Counted from the stretch's first letter, positions 20,150 through 31,169 are shown. The stretch is 64,000 nucleotides of DNA from Gammaproteobacteria bacterium (GCA_963662545.2 CAXXLL010000002.1:2272001-2336000), one strand, 5' to 3'. Numbers and translations are program-made. The notes: generated by a model not told the origin, from the sequence alone.

Positions 20150-20974
20150 ATGTCCACGACAGCCGAGACCGCCGCCAGCCATCCGGTCGCACTCGAAGTG
20201 CGCGGGCTCTCGTCGTCCTTCGGCAAGCTGCGGGTTCTCGACGGCATTGATTTTTCAGTCCGTCAGGAGGAGATTTTCGTCATCATGGGTGAAAGCGGCG
20301 CCGGTAAGACCACGCTTTTACGTCACGTGCTCGGGCTTGCCGCGCCCGATACAGGCGAGATCGACCTGCTTGGCAGTCCCCTTCACCCGGCCACTCGTAA
20401 ATCCCTGTTCGCGCTGCGCAAGAAGATGGGGGTCGCGTTTCAGCACGGCGCACTGATCAACTCGATGTCCGTGCTCGACAACATTGAACTTCCCTTGCGC
20501 CAGAACACTAAACTCGATCGATCAACGATACGCATCATGAGCCGCATGAAGCTCGAGATGATGAATCTCGGCGGCTTTGAAGACTACATGCCGGCACAAC
20601 TGTCCGGCGGTATGCTCAAACGGGCCGGATTGGCGCGGGCGGTGGTGATGGATCCGCGGATCCTTTTCTTCGACGAACCCTCCGCAGGCCTCGATCCCGT
20701 GACGGCAGCCGAACTCGACGGTTTGATCCTGCAATTGCGGGACGCCCTCAAGATGACCATCATCGTCGTGACGCATGCCCTTGAGAGCGCCGTTAAGATA
20801 GCTGACCGTATCATGATCATCGGCAACGGTGGAATTCGCGCCATCGGCACGCTCGAAGAAATACGCAAATCCCCGGACACCTATATTCAATCGCTGCTCG
20901 AACGCCGCACCCTCGACCGTGACGTTGACGGCGACGCCTATCTAGAGCGCTTGACGGCAAATCTCGATGAGTGA
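20150..20974 (+). CDS. mlaF: Mla ABC transporter ATP-binding protein
   Basis: GESGAGKT, LSGGMLKRAGLAR, FDEPSAGLDP. Confidence 0.9.
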   Translation: MSTTAETAASHPVALEVRGLSSSFGKLRVLDGIDFSVRQEEIFVIMGESGAGKTTLLRHVLGLAAPDTGEIDLLGSPLHPATRKSLFALRKKMGVAFQHGALINSMSVLDNIELPLRQNTKLDRSTIRIMSRMKLEMMNLGGFEDYMPAQLSGGMLKRAGLARAVVMDPRILFFDEPSAGLDPVTAAELDGLILQLRDALKMTIIVVTHALESAVKIADRIMIIGNGGIRAIGTLEEIRKSPDTYIQSLLERRTLDRDVDGDAYLERLTANLDE

Positions 20975-21758
20975 CGCGGCGGTTGCTTTCGCGCCGAACT
21001 GGCTCGTCGTACGAATCGCGACCCTTGGGCGCCTGGGCCTGTTCTTCGCCCTGGTATCGCTTCACGTGGCGCGTCCGTGGCGCCAGTGGCGGGTGACGCT
21101 GGCCCAAATCCACTTCATCGGCACGCGCTCTCTCACCGTGATCGCCGTCGCTGGCGGTTTCGTGGGCATGGTGGTAGCCCTGCAATTTTACGACACGCTC
21201 GTTCGCTTCGGCAGCGTCAGCCTGCTGGGTGCCGCAGTGGGGCTCAGTCTGATACGGGAACTGGCGCCGGTGCTGACCGCGCTGATTGTGATCGGGCGGG
21301 CAGGCTCGGCGATGTGCGCCGAAATCGGCATCATGCGAAGTGACAATCAGATCGATGCCTTGGAATGCATGGCCATCGACCCTTACGGGTATCTCATCGC
21401 TCCGCGATTCATTGCCACCCTGATTTCCGTCCCCCTGTTGACGGCGATATTCAATGTGGTCGGCATCGCCGGCGGGTGGTTCATCGGAGGCGTCATTTTC
21501 GGTATCAGTGAGGGCTCGTATTTCGCCGGTATTGCCGATAGCGTCCTGCCGCGTGACGTACTGATGGACGTCGTCAAATCTTGCAGCTTCAGCCTCATCA
21601 TCGTCTGGATTTGCACCGGCAAAGGATACCTGCTGCACTTGGATCACCGCCCGGCTTTCGGCGCGGAAGGCGTAAGCCGTACGACCACCGATGCGGTGGT
21701 TGCCTCCTCGATTACGGTGCTTTTTGCAGACTTCATCATCAGTGCCTTGATGCTCTGA
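20967..21758 (+). CDS. mlaE: Mla ABC transporter permease
   Basis: RELAPVLTALIVIGRAGSAMCAEIGIM..QIDALE and GAEGVSRTTTDAVV. Confidence 0.92.
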   Translation: MSDAAVAFAPNWLVVRIATLGRLGLFFALVSLHVARPWRQWRVTLAQIHFIGTRSLTVIAVAGGFVGMVVALQFYDTLVRFGSVSLLGAAVGLSLIRELAPVLTALIVIGRAGSAMCAEIGIMRSDNQIDALECMAIDPYGYLIAPRFIATLISVPLLTAIFNVVGIAGGWFIGGVIFGISEGSYFAGIADSVLPRDVLMDVVKSCSFSLIIVWICTGKGYLLHLDHRPAFGAEGVSRTTTDAVVASSITVLFADFIISALML

Positions 21759-21787
21759 GAACATGGCGAAATTAGAAAGGGACGACC

Positions 21788-22237
21788 GTGGGTAATATCA
21801 AAATTGAATTTGGCATCGGGATCTTCATGTTGATCGGTCTTGCCTGTCTCAGCTACCTGGCGGTCGAGCTCGGTGACCTGGAGATTTTCGGCAGTGATTA
21901 TTACGCGCTCGATGCGCGTTTCGTGTCATCTTCAGGGCTTAAGAAAGGCGCATTTGTAGAAGTCGGCGGAGTCCGCGTCGGCAAGGTCGGCGCGATTACG
22001 CTGGACTATGCGACCTACGAATCCGTCGTTCAACTCAAACTCGATCCCGGCGTTAAATTGCAAGACGATGCGATTGCATCGATTCGCACGGAAGGCATCA
22101 TCGGCGATAAATTCGTCAAAATCACGCCGGGGGGCTCGGAAGTGATCCTCAAGCCCGGTGATGAAATCCTTGAGACCGAATCGTCGATCAACATCGAAGA
22201 ACTGATCAGCAAGTATATTTTCGAGGGCGATGATTGA
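21788..22237 (+). CDS. mlaD: MCE-domain lipid asymmetry protein
   Basis: N-terminal TM, GLKKGAFVEVGGVRVGKV, ASIRTEGIIGDKFV. Confidence 0.92.
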   Translation: MGNIKIEFGIGIFMLIGLACLSYLAVELGDLEIFGSDYYALDARFVSSSGLKKGAFVEVGGVRVGKVGAITLDYATYESVVQLKLDPGVKLQDDAIASIRTEGIIGDKFVKITPGGSEVILKPGDEILETESSINIEELISKYIFEGDD

Positions 22238-22411
22238 CCCTCATGATGCTGTCGAGACGGCAATATTAAGGAACCTCTGTGTCCCTGTGGAATATTTTTA
22301 CGTTTCTGGACCTTCGGTATCCAGCAGCCTTACATAGTGACAAGCGTTTGGTGTAGCCTGTCCGGGTCAGCAGGACGGAAATTATCGGAGTGCGGCCTAG
22401 GGGTGGATTCG

Positions 22412-23068
22412 ATGAGTAAGCAAATGGCAGACTACCGATCGTGGCTGATGCTCACATTGATCTTTGCACTGTGCTCGGTCATTCATACCGCCACGCTTGC
22501 GGCCGAAGATGTCGAAACGCCGCTTCAGGTCGTGACGAAAACGGTGGATGGCGTCATCGCTGTACTCGCGCAAGGCGAGTCAAGCGAGAATACGAAAAAG
22601 CGGCAGGTAAAAAACATTATCGGCCGGCACTTCGATTTCGTGGCCATGTCCAACCGTGTCCTTGCTACCAACTGGAGTAAGGCGACCAAAGAGCAGCGGG
22701 CGCGGTTCACCGGCTTGTTTCGCGAACTCTTGTCCAACAACACCTACTGGCGTAGGATATCGGGGTTTAGCAACGAGAAGGTCGAGTATCTCGGAGAGCG
22801 CATGCGATCAGACAAGCTGGCAACCGTGAATACAGTCATCAAAACAGACTCCGTGGATATTCCGGTCGATTACAAGCTTTATCGCAAGGGCGACACCTGG
22901 ATGGCCTACGATATCGTCATTGAGCAAGTCAGCCTCGTGCGCAACTATCGCGGAAGCTTTCAGAATATCGTGCGAGACGTCGGTATCGATGGACTGATCA
23001 GCCAGTTAGAGACGAAAGTGGCGGAAGCGTCTACCGACGAACAAGCGCAGCAGCGCCTGGTCCGTTAG
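22412..23068 (+). CDS. mlaC: MlaC/Ttg2D periplasmic phospholipid-binding protein
   Basis: FDFVAMS, IPVDYKL, WMAYDIVIEQVSLVRNYR. Confidence 0.88.
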   Translation: MSKQMADYRSWLMLTLIFALCSVIHTATLAAEDVETPLQVVTKTVDGVIAVLAQGESSENTKKRQVKNIIGRHFDFVAMSNRVLATNWSKATKEQRARFTGLFRELLSNNTYWRRISGFSNEKVEYLGERMRSDKLATVNTVIKTDSVDIPVDYKLYRKGDTWMAYDIVIEQVSLVRNYRGSFQNIVRDVGIDGLISQLETKVAEASTDEQAQQRLVR

Positions 23069-23092
23069 TAGCCCGCATCTCTCACGAAGTTT

Positions 23093-23731
23093 TTATTCCG
23101 GCGGAAGACCGCCGTGCTTTTCCTTGTAGCTCGCGATTCTCCCCTCCAGATCCAGCAGCAGCCCGTCCATGCCTTCCGATTTGATGATCGCGCTGAACGT
23201 GTTGCGGTAGTTATTGACCAGGCTGATGCCTTCGATCACGACGTCGTAGGCGAACCATTCACCGTCGTTGTTTTTTAAACGGTAGGTGATCGGAATCCGG
23301 ACTGCATCGGTCACTATCTGCGTGTCGACGATCGCGCGATCCTTGCGTACCTGTTCCCCGAGGTACTCCACCCGCTGGCCGCTATAGGCTTCGATTTTGG
23401 TGCGGTAAGTATCTTCCAGATACTGTGAGAAGAACTCGACGAAGCGCCGCTTTTCCTCGGCCGTCGCGGTTCGCCAGTTGGTTGCCAGAATGCTCTGCGA
23501 CATGCTGCGAAAATCGAAACGCGTGTCGATGATCTTGCCGATTTCGAGCCAGCGTTGTTCGCGATTCAAGCGTTTGTCTTTGAGTATTTCCAAAACGCCG
23601 CCGACCGCCTCCTTCACCGTTTGAGTGGGCGTCATCGCGGCTTCAACGGGAGCCGTCGACAACGCCGCGATCACGCATATCGATAACAACACCTTGAGCT
23701 CCCGAATTATCAAGTGCAGGTTCGTGTTCAT
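23093..23731 (-). CDS. mlaC: Second MlaC/Ttg2D paralog
   Basis: FDFRSMS, IPITYRL, WFAYDVVIEGISLVNNYR. Confidence 0.88.
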   Translation of the reverse strand: MNTNLHLIIRELKVLLSICVIAALSTAPVEAAMTPTQTVKEAVGGVLEILKDKRLNREQRWLEIGKIIDTRFDFRSMSQSILATNWRTATAEEKRRFVEFFSQYLEDTYRTKIEAYSGQRVEYLGEQVRKDRAIVDTQIVTDAVRIPITYRLKNNDGEWFAYDVVIEGISLVNNYRNTFSAIIKSEGMDGLLLDLEGRIASYKEKHGGLPPE

Positions 23732-23743
23732 TGCATCCCCGGT

Positions 23744-26700
23744 TTAGGTAACGAGTTGGATCGCAGTCAACGCGACCGCCACGACAAATTGTTCGTCTCC
23801 AATTTCGAATCGATCGAGACGATCGCCGCCCGGCGATTCAAGGTAATCGAACTCCGTTGCCAGTGTCTCCGTGCGTATGAATTCGATATGTTCCTGGATC
23901 GCCTCGTGCAGTTTCGTCGACGCATGGTATTCGACCCGAATCCGGTCGGTGAGTTGGAAATCGCACGCTTTGCGCATCGACTGGATGCGATTGACCACCT
24001 CGCGGGCATACCCCTGAGAGCGCAGCGCGTCGTCGATGCGCGTATCGAGGGCGACGGTGAGCACGCCCTCCTGCGCAACGCTCCACTCTCCTATTTCCTC
24101 ACTCGAGATTTCAATTTCGTCCGCCGCAATCTCGATAACACCTTCGCTGGTTGGAACCTGTGTGCTACCCGTCTCCAGCAGTCGCCCGATATCGTCGTCG
24201 CCAAAGGTCGCTATCGCCGCTGCAGCGGCTTTCATCTGCTTGCCCAGCCGGGGTCCCAGCTTTTTGAAATCTGCCTTGGCCGAACGCTTTACGACCCCGC
24301 TGGAATCCGCGATGTATTCGATTTCCTTGACGTTCACCTCGTCGAGGATAATGTCTTTCACGCGCTCGACGATCGTCTGATTCATCGTCGTCCCGGTAAC
24401 CAGTAACAATCGTGCAAGCGGCTGTCGCACGTTGATCTGGCTGCGATTGCGCAGCAACAGGACGAGTTGAACGATGCGACGGGCAAGTTCCATCTGCTCT
24501 TCGAGATCATCTCGCACGATCTGCTCGTCCACCGTCGGAAAATCGGCGAGATGAACCGATCCTTGCGGCACCTGCCCACCGACCTCGTTCAGGCGGCGGT
24601 ACAGCCAGTCGCTGAAAAACGGCGCGATCGGACTCATCATGACGGCGAGCCCGAAAAGACATTCGAACGTGGTTTGATACGCGTTGATTTTGCTCTCTTC
24701 GGACACCGCGACCGTTTGCGGAGTCGCCTTCTTTCCCGCCCAAAAACGGAATCTGGAACGCCGGATGTACCAGTTCGACAATTCGTCGACGAACCGCTCC
24801 ATGGCACGCGCCGCACGCGTGCAATCGTAGGCTTCGAAAGCCCCGTCGACCGTCTGCGCAGTTGAGTTCAAACGGCTCAGGATCCATTGATCCAATTCGC
24901 CGCGCTCGGCAGCGGGTACGGTGGGTTCAGCAAACGTAAAGCCGTCGATGTTCGCGTAACTCGCCATGAACTTGTAAACGTTCTCGATGGTACCGAAAAA
25001 TCGACCGCGGGTTTCGATTAAGCCGCGCTCGGAGAATTTCATGCTGTCCCACGGCGGCGAGTTACTCATCATGTACCAGCGCACGACGTCCGCACCGTGG
25101 GTCGAAACCACTGCAAAGGGATCGACGCTATTGTTGCGCGATTTCGACATTTTTTCGCCCTTGTCGTCGAGAATGAGGCCGTTGACGACGACATTCCTGA
25201 ATGCAACCCCATCCATCACCAAGGTTGCGATCGCGTGCAGCGTGTAGAACCAGCCGCGGGTCTGGTCGATCCCTTCGCAAATGAAATCCGCCGGGAAGTT
25301 ACGCTCGAAGGCCTCCTTATTTTCGAATGGGTAGTGCCACTGGGCAAAAGGCATGGCGCCCGAATCGAACCATACGTCGAGCACATCAGGCACCCGGCGC
25401 ATCGTGCCGCCATCGGGTGCAGGCCATGTGAATTCGTCGACGAATGGACGATGCAGATCGATCGAGTTGTCATCCGGCAGCGATTTCCCGCACCTTTCCC
25501 GCAATTCAGCGATCGATCCAATGACTTCGTAATACGCAGACCCGGGCTTGTCGGAAACCCATATGGGCAGCGGCGTCCCCCAATAACGCATACGGCTGAG
25601 CGCCCAGTCGACGTTGTTCTCGAGCCAGTTACCAAACCGTCCATCCCTGATCGCGTGCGGATGCCACTCAACCGTCTTGTTCAGGGCAACCAAGCGATCC
25701 TTGACGGCTGTGGTGCGAATAAACCAGCTTTCAACCGGGTAACTCATGAGCGGCGTGCCCTTGCGCCAGTCGTGCGGGTAACTGTGAATGTGTTCGCTGC
25801 GTTTGAACAGCAGACCGCGATCTTTGAGATCCCGAATAATTTTACGGTCGGCGTCTTTAAACCAGTCGCCCGCGACCACCGGCGCCTCGTCCTGGAAAAC
25901 ACCGTCGGGCGCGACCGGATTCACCATGGGTAGTTGTTCTCGCTGTCCGACTTCGAAATCTTCGGCGCCGAATGCGGGCGCGATGTGCACGATGCCGGTA
26001 CCGTCGTCGACGGTGACGTATTCGGCTGCGCAAACCCGCCACGCGTGTGCCGGGTAGTCGATGCCTGCGACCCGGTAAAGGGGCTCGTAGCGGCGCCCAA
26101 TCAGGTCCCGGCCCTTGTGCCGTTCGATCACCGTAGTGTCGTCGTCGAGGATGTCGAGCCGTGCTTCGGCCAACACCAGACGCTCCTCGCCGCACCTCAC
26201 CGTGACGTAATCGATGTCCTCGCCCACCACCAGGGCGACGTTCGAGATCAGGGTCCATGGCGTCGTCGTCCATGCGAGCAAGCTCGTGCGTTCCTCGTCG
26301 GTCGAGCGGAAACGCACGGTGATGCTGGGATCGGACACTTGCTTGTACCCGAGGCTGACTTCATGGGAAGACAGCACCGTGCCGGAGCCCGGGCTATACC
26401 ACTGTATCTTATGGCCCTTGTACAACAGACCGCGCCGATGGATCTCCTTGATCAACCACCAGACCGATTCTATGTAGGGGGTTTCAAAGGTGACGTATGG
26501 ATTTTCCAGGTCCACCCAGAAGGCAATGCGGCGCGTCAATTCGTCCCAATCGCGCTTGTAGCGGGATACACTTTCGCGGCAGGCCGCGTTGAAGGCTTCG
26601 ATGCCATAGGCTTCGACTTGTTGACGGCCGTCGAGACCGAGTTCCTTCTCCACTTCAATTTCCACAGGAAGTCCATGGGTATCCCAGCCGCCCTTGCGCT

Positions 26701-26944
26701 CCACGCGATATCCCTTGAGGGTTTTATAGCGGCAGAAGACGTCTTTGATGGTGCGCCCGAGGACGTGATGAATACCCGGGCGCCCGTTGGCCGTCGGCGG
26801 ACCCTCGTAAAACGTAAACGAAGGCGCGCCGTCGCGCGCTGTCACGCTCTCAGCGAAGGTCTTCTCCTCATCCCAGAGATCGAGCAGTTCGGCCTCGATT
26901 TCGGGAAGGTTCAAAGACTTGATTTCCTGAAATTTATTGGCCAT
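23744..26944 (-). CDS. ileS: Isoleucine--tRNA ligase, type 2 (IleRS2)
   Basis: FYEGPPTANGRPGIHH, GWDTHGLP, WTTTPWTL, DQTRGWF, KMSKS. 1066 aa with a type-2 C-terminal domain and no C-terminal zinc finger. Confidence 0.95.
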   Translation of the reverse strand: MANKFQEIKSLNLPEIEAELLDLWDEEKTFAESVTARDGAPSFTFYEGPPTANGRPGIHHVLGRTIKDVFCRYKTLKGYRVERKGGWDTHGLPVEIEVEKELGLDGRQQVEAYGIEAFNAACRESVSRYKRDWDELTRRIAFWVDLENPYVTFETPYIESVWWLIKEIHRRGLLYKGHKIQWYSPGSGTVLSSHEVSLGYKQVSDPSITVRFRSTDEERTSLLAWTTTPWTLISNVALVVGEDIDYVTVRCGEERLVLAEARLDILDDDTTVIERHKGRDLIGRRYEPLYRVAGIDYPAHAWRVCAAEYVTVDDGTGIVHIAPAFGAEDFEVGQREQLPMVNPVAPDGVFQDEAPVVAGDWFKDADRKIIRDLKDRGLLFKRSEHIHSYPHDWRKGTPLMSYPVESWFIRTTAVKDRLVALNKTVEWHPHAIRDGRFGNWLENNVDWALSRMRYWGTPLPIWVSDKPGSAYYEVIGSIAELRERCGKSLPDDNSIDLHRPFVDEFTWPAPDGGTMRRVPDVLDVWFDSGAMPFAQWHYPFENKEAFERNFPADFICEGIDQTRGWFYTLHAIATLVMDGVAFRNVVVNGLILDDKGEKMSKSRNNSVDPFAVVSTHGADVVRWYMMSNSPPWDSMKFSERGLIETRGRFFGTIENVYKFMASYANIDGFTFAEPTVPAAERGELDQWILSRLNSTAQTVDGAFEAYDCTRAARAMERFVDELSNWYIRRSRFRFWAGKKATPQTVAVSEESKINAYQTTFECLFGLAVMMSPIAPFFSDWLYRRLNEVGGQVPQGSVHLADFPTVDEQIVRDDLEEQMELARRIVQLVLLLRNRSQINVRQPLARLLLVTGTTMNQTIVERVKDIILDEVNVKEIEYIADSSGVVKRSAKADFKKLGPRLGKQMKAAAAAIATFGDDDIGRLLETGSTQVPTSEGVIEIAADEIEISSEEIGEWSVAQEGVLTVALDTRIDDALRSQGYAREVVNRIQSMRKACDFQLTDRIRVEYHASTKLHEAIQEHIEFIRTETLATEFDYLESPGGDRLDRFEIGDEQFVVAVALTAIQLVT

Positions 26945-27149
26945 CGCCTGTCTTTAATCGCTGGGAATTCAAGTGGGTTCGGAGAACTGCCGAATTATAT
27001 CCGAACCGTCGTTCCGAATCGGCGCTCTGCAGACATAAATTGTCACGCTAATTCACAAAATAGGGCATTCCTTTTGTGCTATCGTTTATCCATACGAGCG
27101 GTATGAATCCGCTAGCCGGATTCATACCGGCCGGTTCTGGAGAATCAGT

Positions 27150-28382
27150 GTGAGTTCGGATCAGGTTCTCGAATTTCTGCAATTTGTCGAAGGACAGAAA
27201 AATCAATCTGTTCGGGAGCTATTGGACAAGGTTCTGCGTAAAAGCCGGCTCATGACCCACGCAGAAGCCGGTACTATTTTCATCGCACGCAAACGCGGAC
27301 GCGAGCGCTGGCTCGAACCGGCGAGCATACAAAACGACGCCGTCAAAGTGAAACGAGCCGACTTCATGGTTCCGATCGGACCCGGAACGATCGCCGGCCA
27401 TGTCGCACACAAGGGTCGAACGGTTCTGATCGACGATGTATACGACATTCCCAAGAGAAGCCCCTTTAAATTCGATCCCAAGTTCGAACGCCGTAACTAC
27501 AAAACGCACTCGATGTTCTGCTTCCCGTTGAAGAATCTGCAGGACGAGGTCATCGGCGTCGTTCAACTCATCAACTGCCGGGTGCGCAAGAAAGCCAATC
27601 CCGTCCCTTTTGCACCTGATGTCGAACAGTTAGTGGCCCCGATTGCCCGGGTCGTCGGCCACTCCATCGAACGCGCGGAGATGCTCGATCAAATCAGGCA
27701 TAAGAACAAAACCTTACGTGTCCGCAACCGCCAGCTCGACGAACAACGCGAGCGCATCGCAGCGCTGCAGGAAGAGACCGAAGAAGCGTTTCAGGTTTCA
27801 GTGACCCTGCTCGCACGGGCCGCCGAGATCCACGACGAGGAGACCGGCAACCACATCATTCGTGTCAACGAGTACAGCTATTACCTCGCCAAACTCGCAG
27901 GCATGCCGGATCCCTGGTGCGATGAACTCAGATATAGCGCACAGCTGCACGACGTCGGCAAGATGAGCGTCGACTCCGCAGTGCTGAAGAAGAAAGGGTC
28001 TCTGGACGAGGCGGAGCGCGAAGAAATGGATCGTCACACCGTTTACGGATATCAGATCCTCTCCGCATCGTCCCGCCTCACTTTCGGCGCGGAAATCGCG
28101 CTTCATCATCACGAGAAATGGGACGGGACGGGTTACCCCAATCAAGTCAAAGGTGACGCAATACCGCTATCCGCGCGTATTGTGCAAATTGCCGACATTT
28201 ACGATGCGCTGCGCGCCAAGCGTCCGTATAAACCGTCCTTTAGTCACAAGAAATCCGTCGACATCATTACCAAGGGTGATGACCGCATTGATCCGGTCAA
28301 GCATTTTGATCCCAGGCTCGTCGGCCTGTTCGCGGAACATCACAAGGAATTCGACAAGATCTGGCTGTCGCTGAAGGACTGA
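27150..28382 (+). CDS. GAF + HD-GYP phosphodiesterase
   Basis: GAF (GVVQLIN), ETGNH, LHDVGK, HHEKWDGTGYP, ADIYDAL. Confidence 0.92.
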   Translation: MSSDQVLEFLQFVEGQKNQSVRELLDKVLRKSRLMTHAEAGTIFIARKRGRERWLEPASIQNDAVKVKRADFMVPIGPGTIAGHVAHKGRTVLIDDVYDIPKRSPFKFDPKFERRNYKTHSMFCFPLKNLQDEVIGVVQLINCRVRKKANPVPFAPDVEQLVAPIARVVGHSIERAEMLDQIRHKNKTLRVRNRQLDEQRERIAALQEETEEAFQVSVTLLARAAEIHDEETGNHIIRVNEYSYYLAKLAGMPDPWCDELRYSAQLHDVGKMSVDSAVLKKKGSLDEAEREEMDRHTVYGYQILSASSRLTFGAEIALHHHEKWDGTGYPNQVKGDAIPLSARIVQIADIYDALRAKRPYKPSFSHKKSVDIITKGDDRIDPVKHFDPRLVGLFAEHHKEFDKIWLSLKD

Positions 28383-28390
28383 ACGCGGGC

Positions 28391-28864
28391 TCACCCCGAC
28401 AATCGTTCCGATTCGACCATTGCCTCTACTGCGAACTGCCGCACATGCTGGATCATGGCGTGGAGCCCGTTGCTGCGCGTCGGTGACAGATGTTCGGCGA
28501 GTTGAATGTCCTTGACGAAATCGGGCGGGGTCGCGAGTATGTCCGCCGGCCGCCGGTCGGAGTAAATCTTGAGTAGGATCGCGATCAAACCGGCAACGAT
28601 AGTGGAATCACTGGTCGCTTCGTAATGCAGACGCTCATCGCGGCGTGCGGTCACCATCCACACCTGTGACTGGCAGCCGTGCAAGCGGTTGCCTTCAGTC
28701 TTCCACTCTTCCGGAAATGCAGGCGCCTCTCGGCCGAGGTCGATGATGTATTGATAGCGATCGGTCCAATCGTCGAAGATCGAAAATGTCTCGATGATCT
28801 CGCGCTGTGCTTCGAGGATCTCGGGCGAGGGTTCTAACTCCAAGTTCGATTCTCTCTCGTTCAT
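28391..28864 (-). CDS. sufE: SufE-family Fe-S sulfur acceptor
   Basis: DRYQYIIDLG, GCQSQVW, LSPTRSNGL. ATG overlaps the cysS stop. Confidence 0.9.
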   Translation of the reverse strand: MNERESNLELEPSPEILEAQREIIETFSIFDDWTDRYQYIIDLGREAPAFPEEWKTEGNRLHGCQSQVWMVTARRDERLHYEATSDSTIVAGLIAILLKIYSDRRPADILATPPDFVKDIQLAEHLSPTRSNGLHAMIQHVRQFAVEAMVESERLSG

Positions 28865-30240
28865 TCCGCTCGCCACTGAGTTCCGTTCGGGCCATCTTTG
28901 ATCTGCACGCCCATCTGCGCCAGTTCGTCTCGAATCGCATCCGCGCGTGACCAGTTCTTTGCCGCCCTCGCCGCGTTCCGCGCTGTGATCATCTCCTCTA
29001 CGGTGTCCGCTTCTACCTGGACGCTGCTCGACGCCTCGAACCACGCCTTTGGATCCTGCTGTAGGATCCCAAGTTCACGGCCGCAGGCCAGTAATTGGGC
29101 CTTTAATCGGCATCTTTCGGTCGCATCAGTCGCTCGATTTGCCCCCGTAACCGCTTCCATCAACACCGCGATCGCTTTCGGTGTATTGAGGTCATCGTCC
29201 ATCGCCGCCTTGAATTCGGCAGATGCCTCACTGTGTTCCTCATCGAATTCGACATCGGCAAGCCGCTCCAGCGTTCCGTATATGCGGTCGAGCTGATTTT
29301 TGGACTGCCGAATAAGCCCTTCGTTCCAACCTAGCGGTTCACGATACTTCCCCTGGATCAGGGCCATGCGAATGGCTTCGCCGGGAAAAGAATCGAGCAG
29401 TTCGCGCACCAACATCACATTGCCGGTCGATTTGGACATTTTTTCACTGTCGATTTCGACGAAGCCATTGTGTACCCAGTAACGGCTCAAGGCCTCGTTC
29501 GCGTGCGCGCAGACGCTCTGGGCGATTTCGTTCTCATGGTGGGGGAACTTCAAATCGTTACCGCCGCCATGTATATCGATGGTACGACCCAGATGACGCT
29601 CGATCATCGCCGAGCACTCGATGTGCCAGCCGGGACGGCCGCGACCCCAGGGACTGTCCCAACCTGGCAGTTCGTTCGGCGACGGCTTCCACAGAATGAA
29701 ATCTGCAGGATCCCTCTTATAAGGTGCGACCTCGACGCGGGCCCCGGCGATCATATCCTCGCGAACGCGCCCGGATAGAGCGCCGTAGTCCTTAAACGAC
29801 GGCACGTGAAAAAGCACATGCCCCTCGATCGAGTAGGCATGGTCTTCCTCGATCAAGCGTTCGATCATCGCGACGATCGTATCGATGTGCGCGGTTGCGC
29901 GCGGTTCGATGGTGGGCGGTAATACGCCCAAGGCTTCGATATCCGCGTGGTAGACAGCCGTATAGCGATCGGCGATCTCGGCGATCGGCACGCTCTCTTC
30001 AGCCGCCTGGGCGTTGATCTTGTCGTCGACGTCGGTGATATTGCGCGCGTACACAACGTTGTCGTAATGCCGCATCAAGACCCGGTAGAGCAAATCAAAG
30101 ACCACCGCGGCGCGCGCGTTGCCGATGTGAGGTGCGTTGTAGACGGTCGGACCGCAGGCATACATCGTGACCCGACCGGATTCGGCAGGCGTGAACTTTT
30201 CCTTACGCCGTGTAAGTGAATTGTAGAGTTCCAGAGACAC
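28861..30240 (-). CDS. cysS: Cysteine--tRNA ligase
   Basis: [39 protein letters not shown]. Confidence 0.96.
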   Translation of the reverse strand: MSLELYNSLTRRKEKFTPAESGRVTMYACGPTVYNAPHIGNARAAVVFDLLYRVLMRHYDNVVYARNITDVDDKINAQAAEESVPIAEIADRYTAVYHADIEALGVLPPTIEPRATAHIDTIVAMIERLIEEDHAYSIEGHVLFHVPSFKDYGALSGRVREDMIAGARVEVAPYKRDPADFILWKPSPNELPGWDSPWGRGRPGWHIECSAMIERHLGRTIDIHGGGNDLKFPHHENEIAQSVCAHANEALSRYWVHNGFVEIDSEKMSKSTGNVMLVRELLDSFPGEAIRMALIQGKYREPLGWNEGLIRQSKNQLDRIYGTLERLADVEFDEEHSEASAEFKAAMDDDLNTPKAIAVLMEAVTGANRATDATERCRLKAQLLACGRELGILQQDPKAWFEASSSVQVEADTVEEMITARNAARAAKNWSRADAIRDELAQMGVQIKDGPNGTQWRAE

Positions 30241-30457
30241 CTAGATGCAGAGAACGGTCTAAGCCGGGAGCGGCGGAGTATACTAAAGCCGACATTAAAA
30301 ATCCCTGCGCGTCGCGATTCGCTCTGGGCGCGTGCAATGCCGCAAAGGCATTTCGCTGGTTCGGGCAATTTCAGTGGGACTTTAACTATACCGAGTGGAA
30401 CTTCGAATCAATCTGATTATCTACAGTCAATTTGTGTATTCAATAGGGAGACTTTGC

Positions 30458-31042
30458 ATGTTTAGCACCCATACCAAGAAACTGAGCACGATGACAGCGG
30501 GAACCGCTTTGGCGATGTTGATCTCCTGCAGTTCATTTGCCGCAGACTACAAGATCGATCTCGCCCACGCGTTCATTCAATTCGAGATATCCCACCTCGG
30601 TTACAGTACGCTGGCCGGACGATTCAACGATTTCGAAGGGAATTTTAATTGGGACAAATCGAACCCTGGGAGTGCGGCCATGGAAGTGACGGTCAAGACG
30701 GCCAGCATCGACAGCAACTGGGCCGAACGCGACAAGCATCTTCGCAGTGATGAATTCCTCGATGTCGAAAAATTTCCGACCGCAGTGTTCAAAACCACCA
30801 AGTACGATGGCGATGCGTCCGGCGGGAAGATGGAAGGTACCTTGACCCTCCACGGCGTCACCAAGCCGATCACGCTGGACGTCAAATATATCGGGGAAGG
30901 CGACGACCCCTGGGGTGGTTACCGTGCGGGTTTTGCCGCCTCGACGACTTTGAATCGCGGCGACTTCGATATTTCCTATGATCTGGGTCCGGCCTCCGGA
31001 TCGATGGAGTTTAAGCTCTTCGTCGAGGGGATCCGGCAGTAA
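30458..31042 (+). CDS. yceI: YceI-family periplasmic polyisoprenoid-binding protein
   Basis: Signal peptide, HLGYS..GRF, ERDKHLRS..F, LTLHGVTK, DPWGGYRAGF. Confidence 0.92.
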   Translation: MFSTHTKKLSTMTAGTALAMLISCSSFAADYKIDLAHAFIQFEISHLGYSTLAGRFNDFEGNFNWDKSNPGSAAMEVTVKTASIDSNWAERDKHLRSDEFLDVEKFPTAVFKTTKYDGDASGGKMEGTLTLHGVTKPITLDVKYIGEGDDPWGGYRAGFAASTTLNRGDFDISYDLGPASGSMEFKLFVEGIRQ

Positions 31043-31055
31043 GAAGCGCATGGTT

Positions 31056-31092
31056 CGCGCCGGGAAATGACATTACCTGCGTTTCCCGGCGC
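31056..31092 (+). terminator. GC-rich hairpin downstream of yceI
   Basis: CGCGCCGGGAAA...TTTCCCGGCGCG stem, without a clear U-tract. Confidence 0.4.
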
Positions 31093-31108
31093 GCGGCATC
31101 AGATCGTG

Positions 31109-31169
31109 TTCGCCCGCAAGCGGGCTCCTACGCGTTCGAAGCCGTGCAAGGAGCCCGCTTGCGAGCGAA
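31109..31169. repeat. Inverted REP pair
   Basis: TTCGCCCGCAAGCGGGCTCCTAC ... GCAAGGAGCCCGCTTGCGAGCGAA between convergent genes. Confidence 0.8.
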
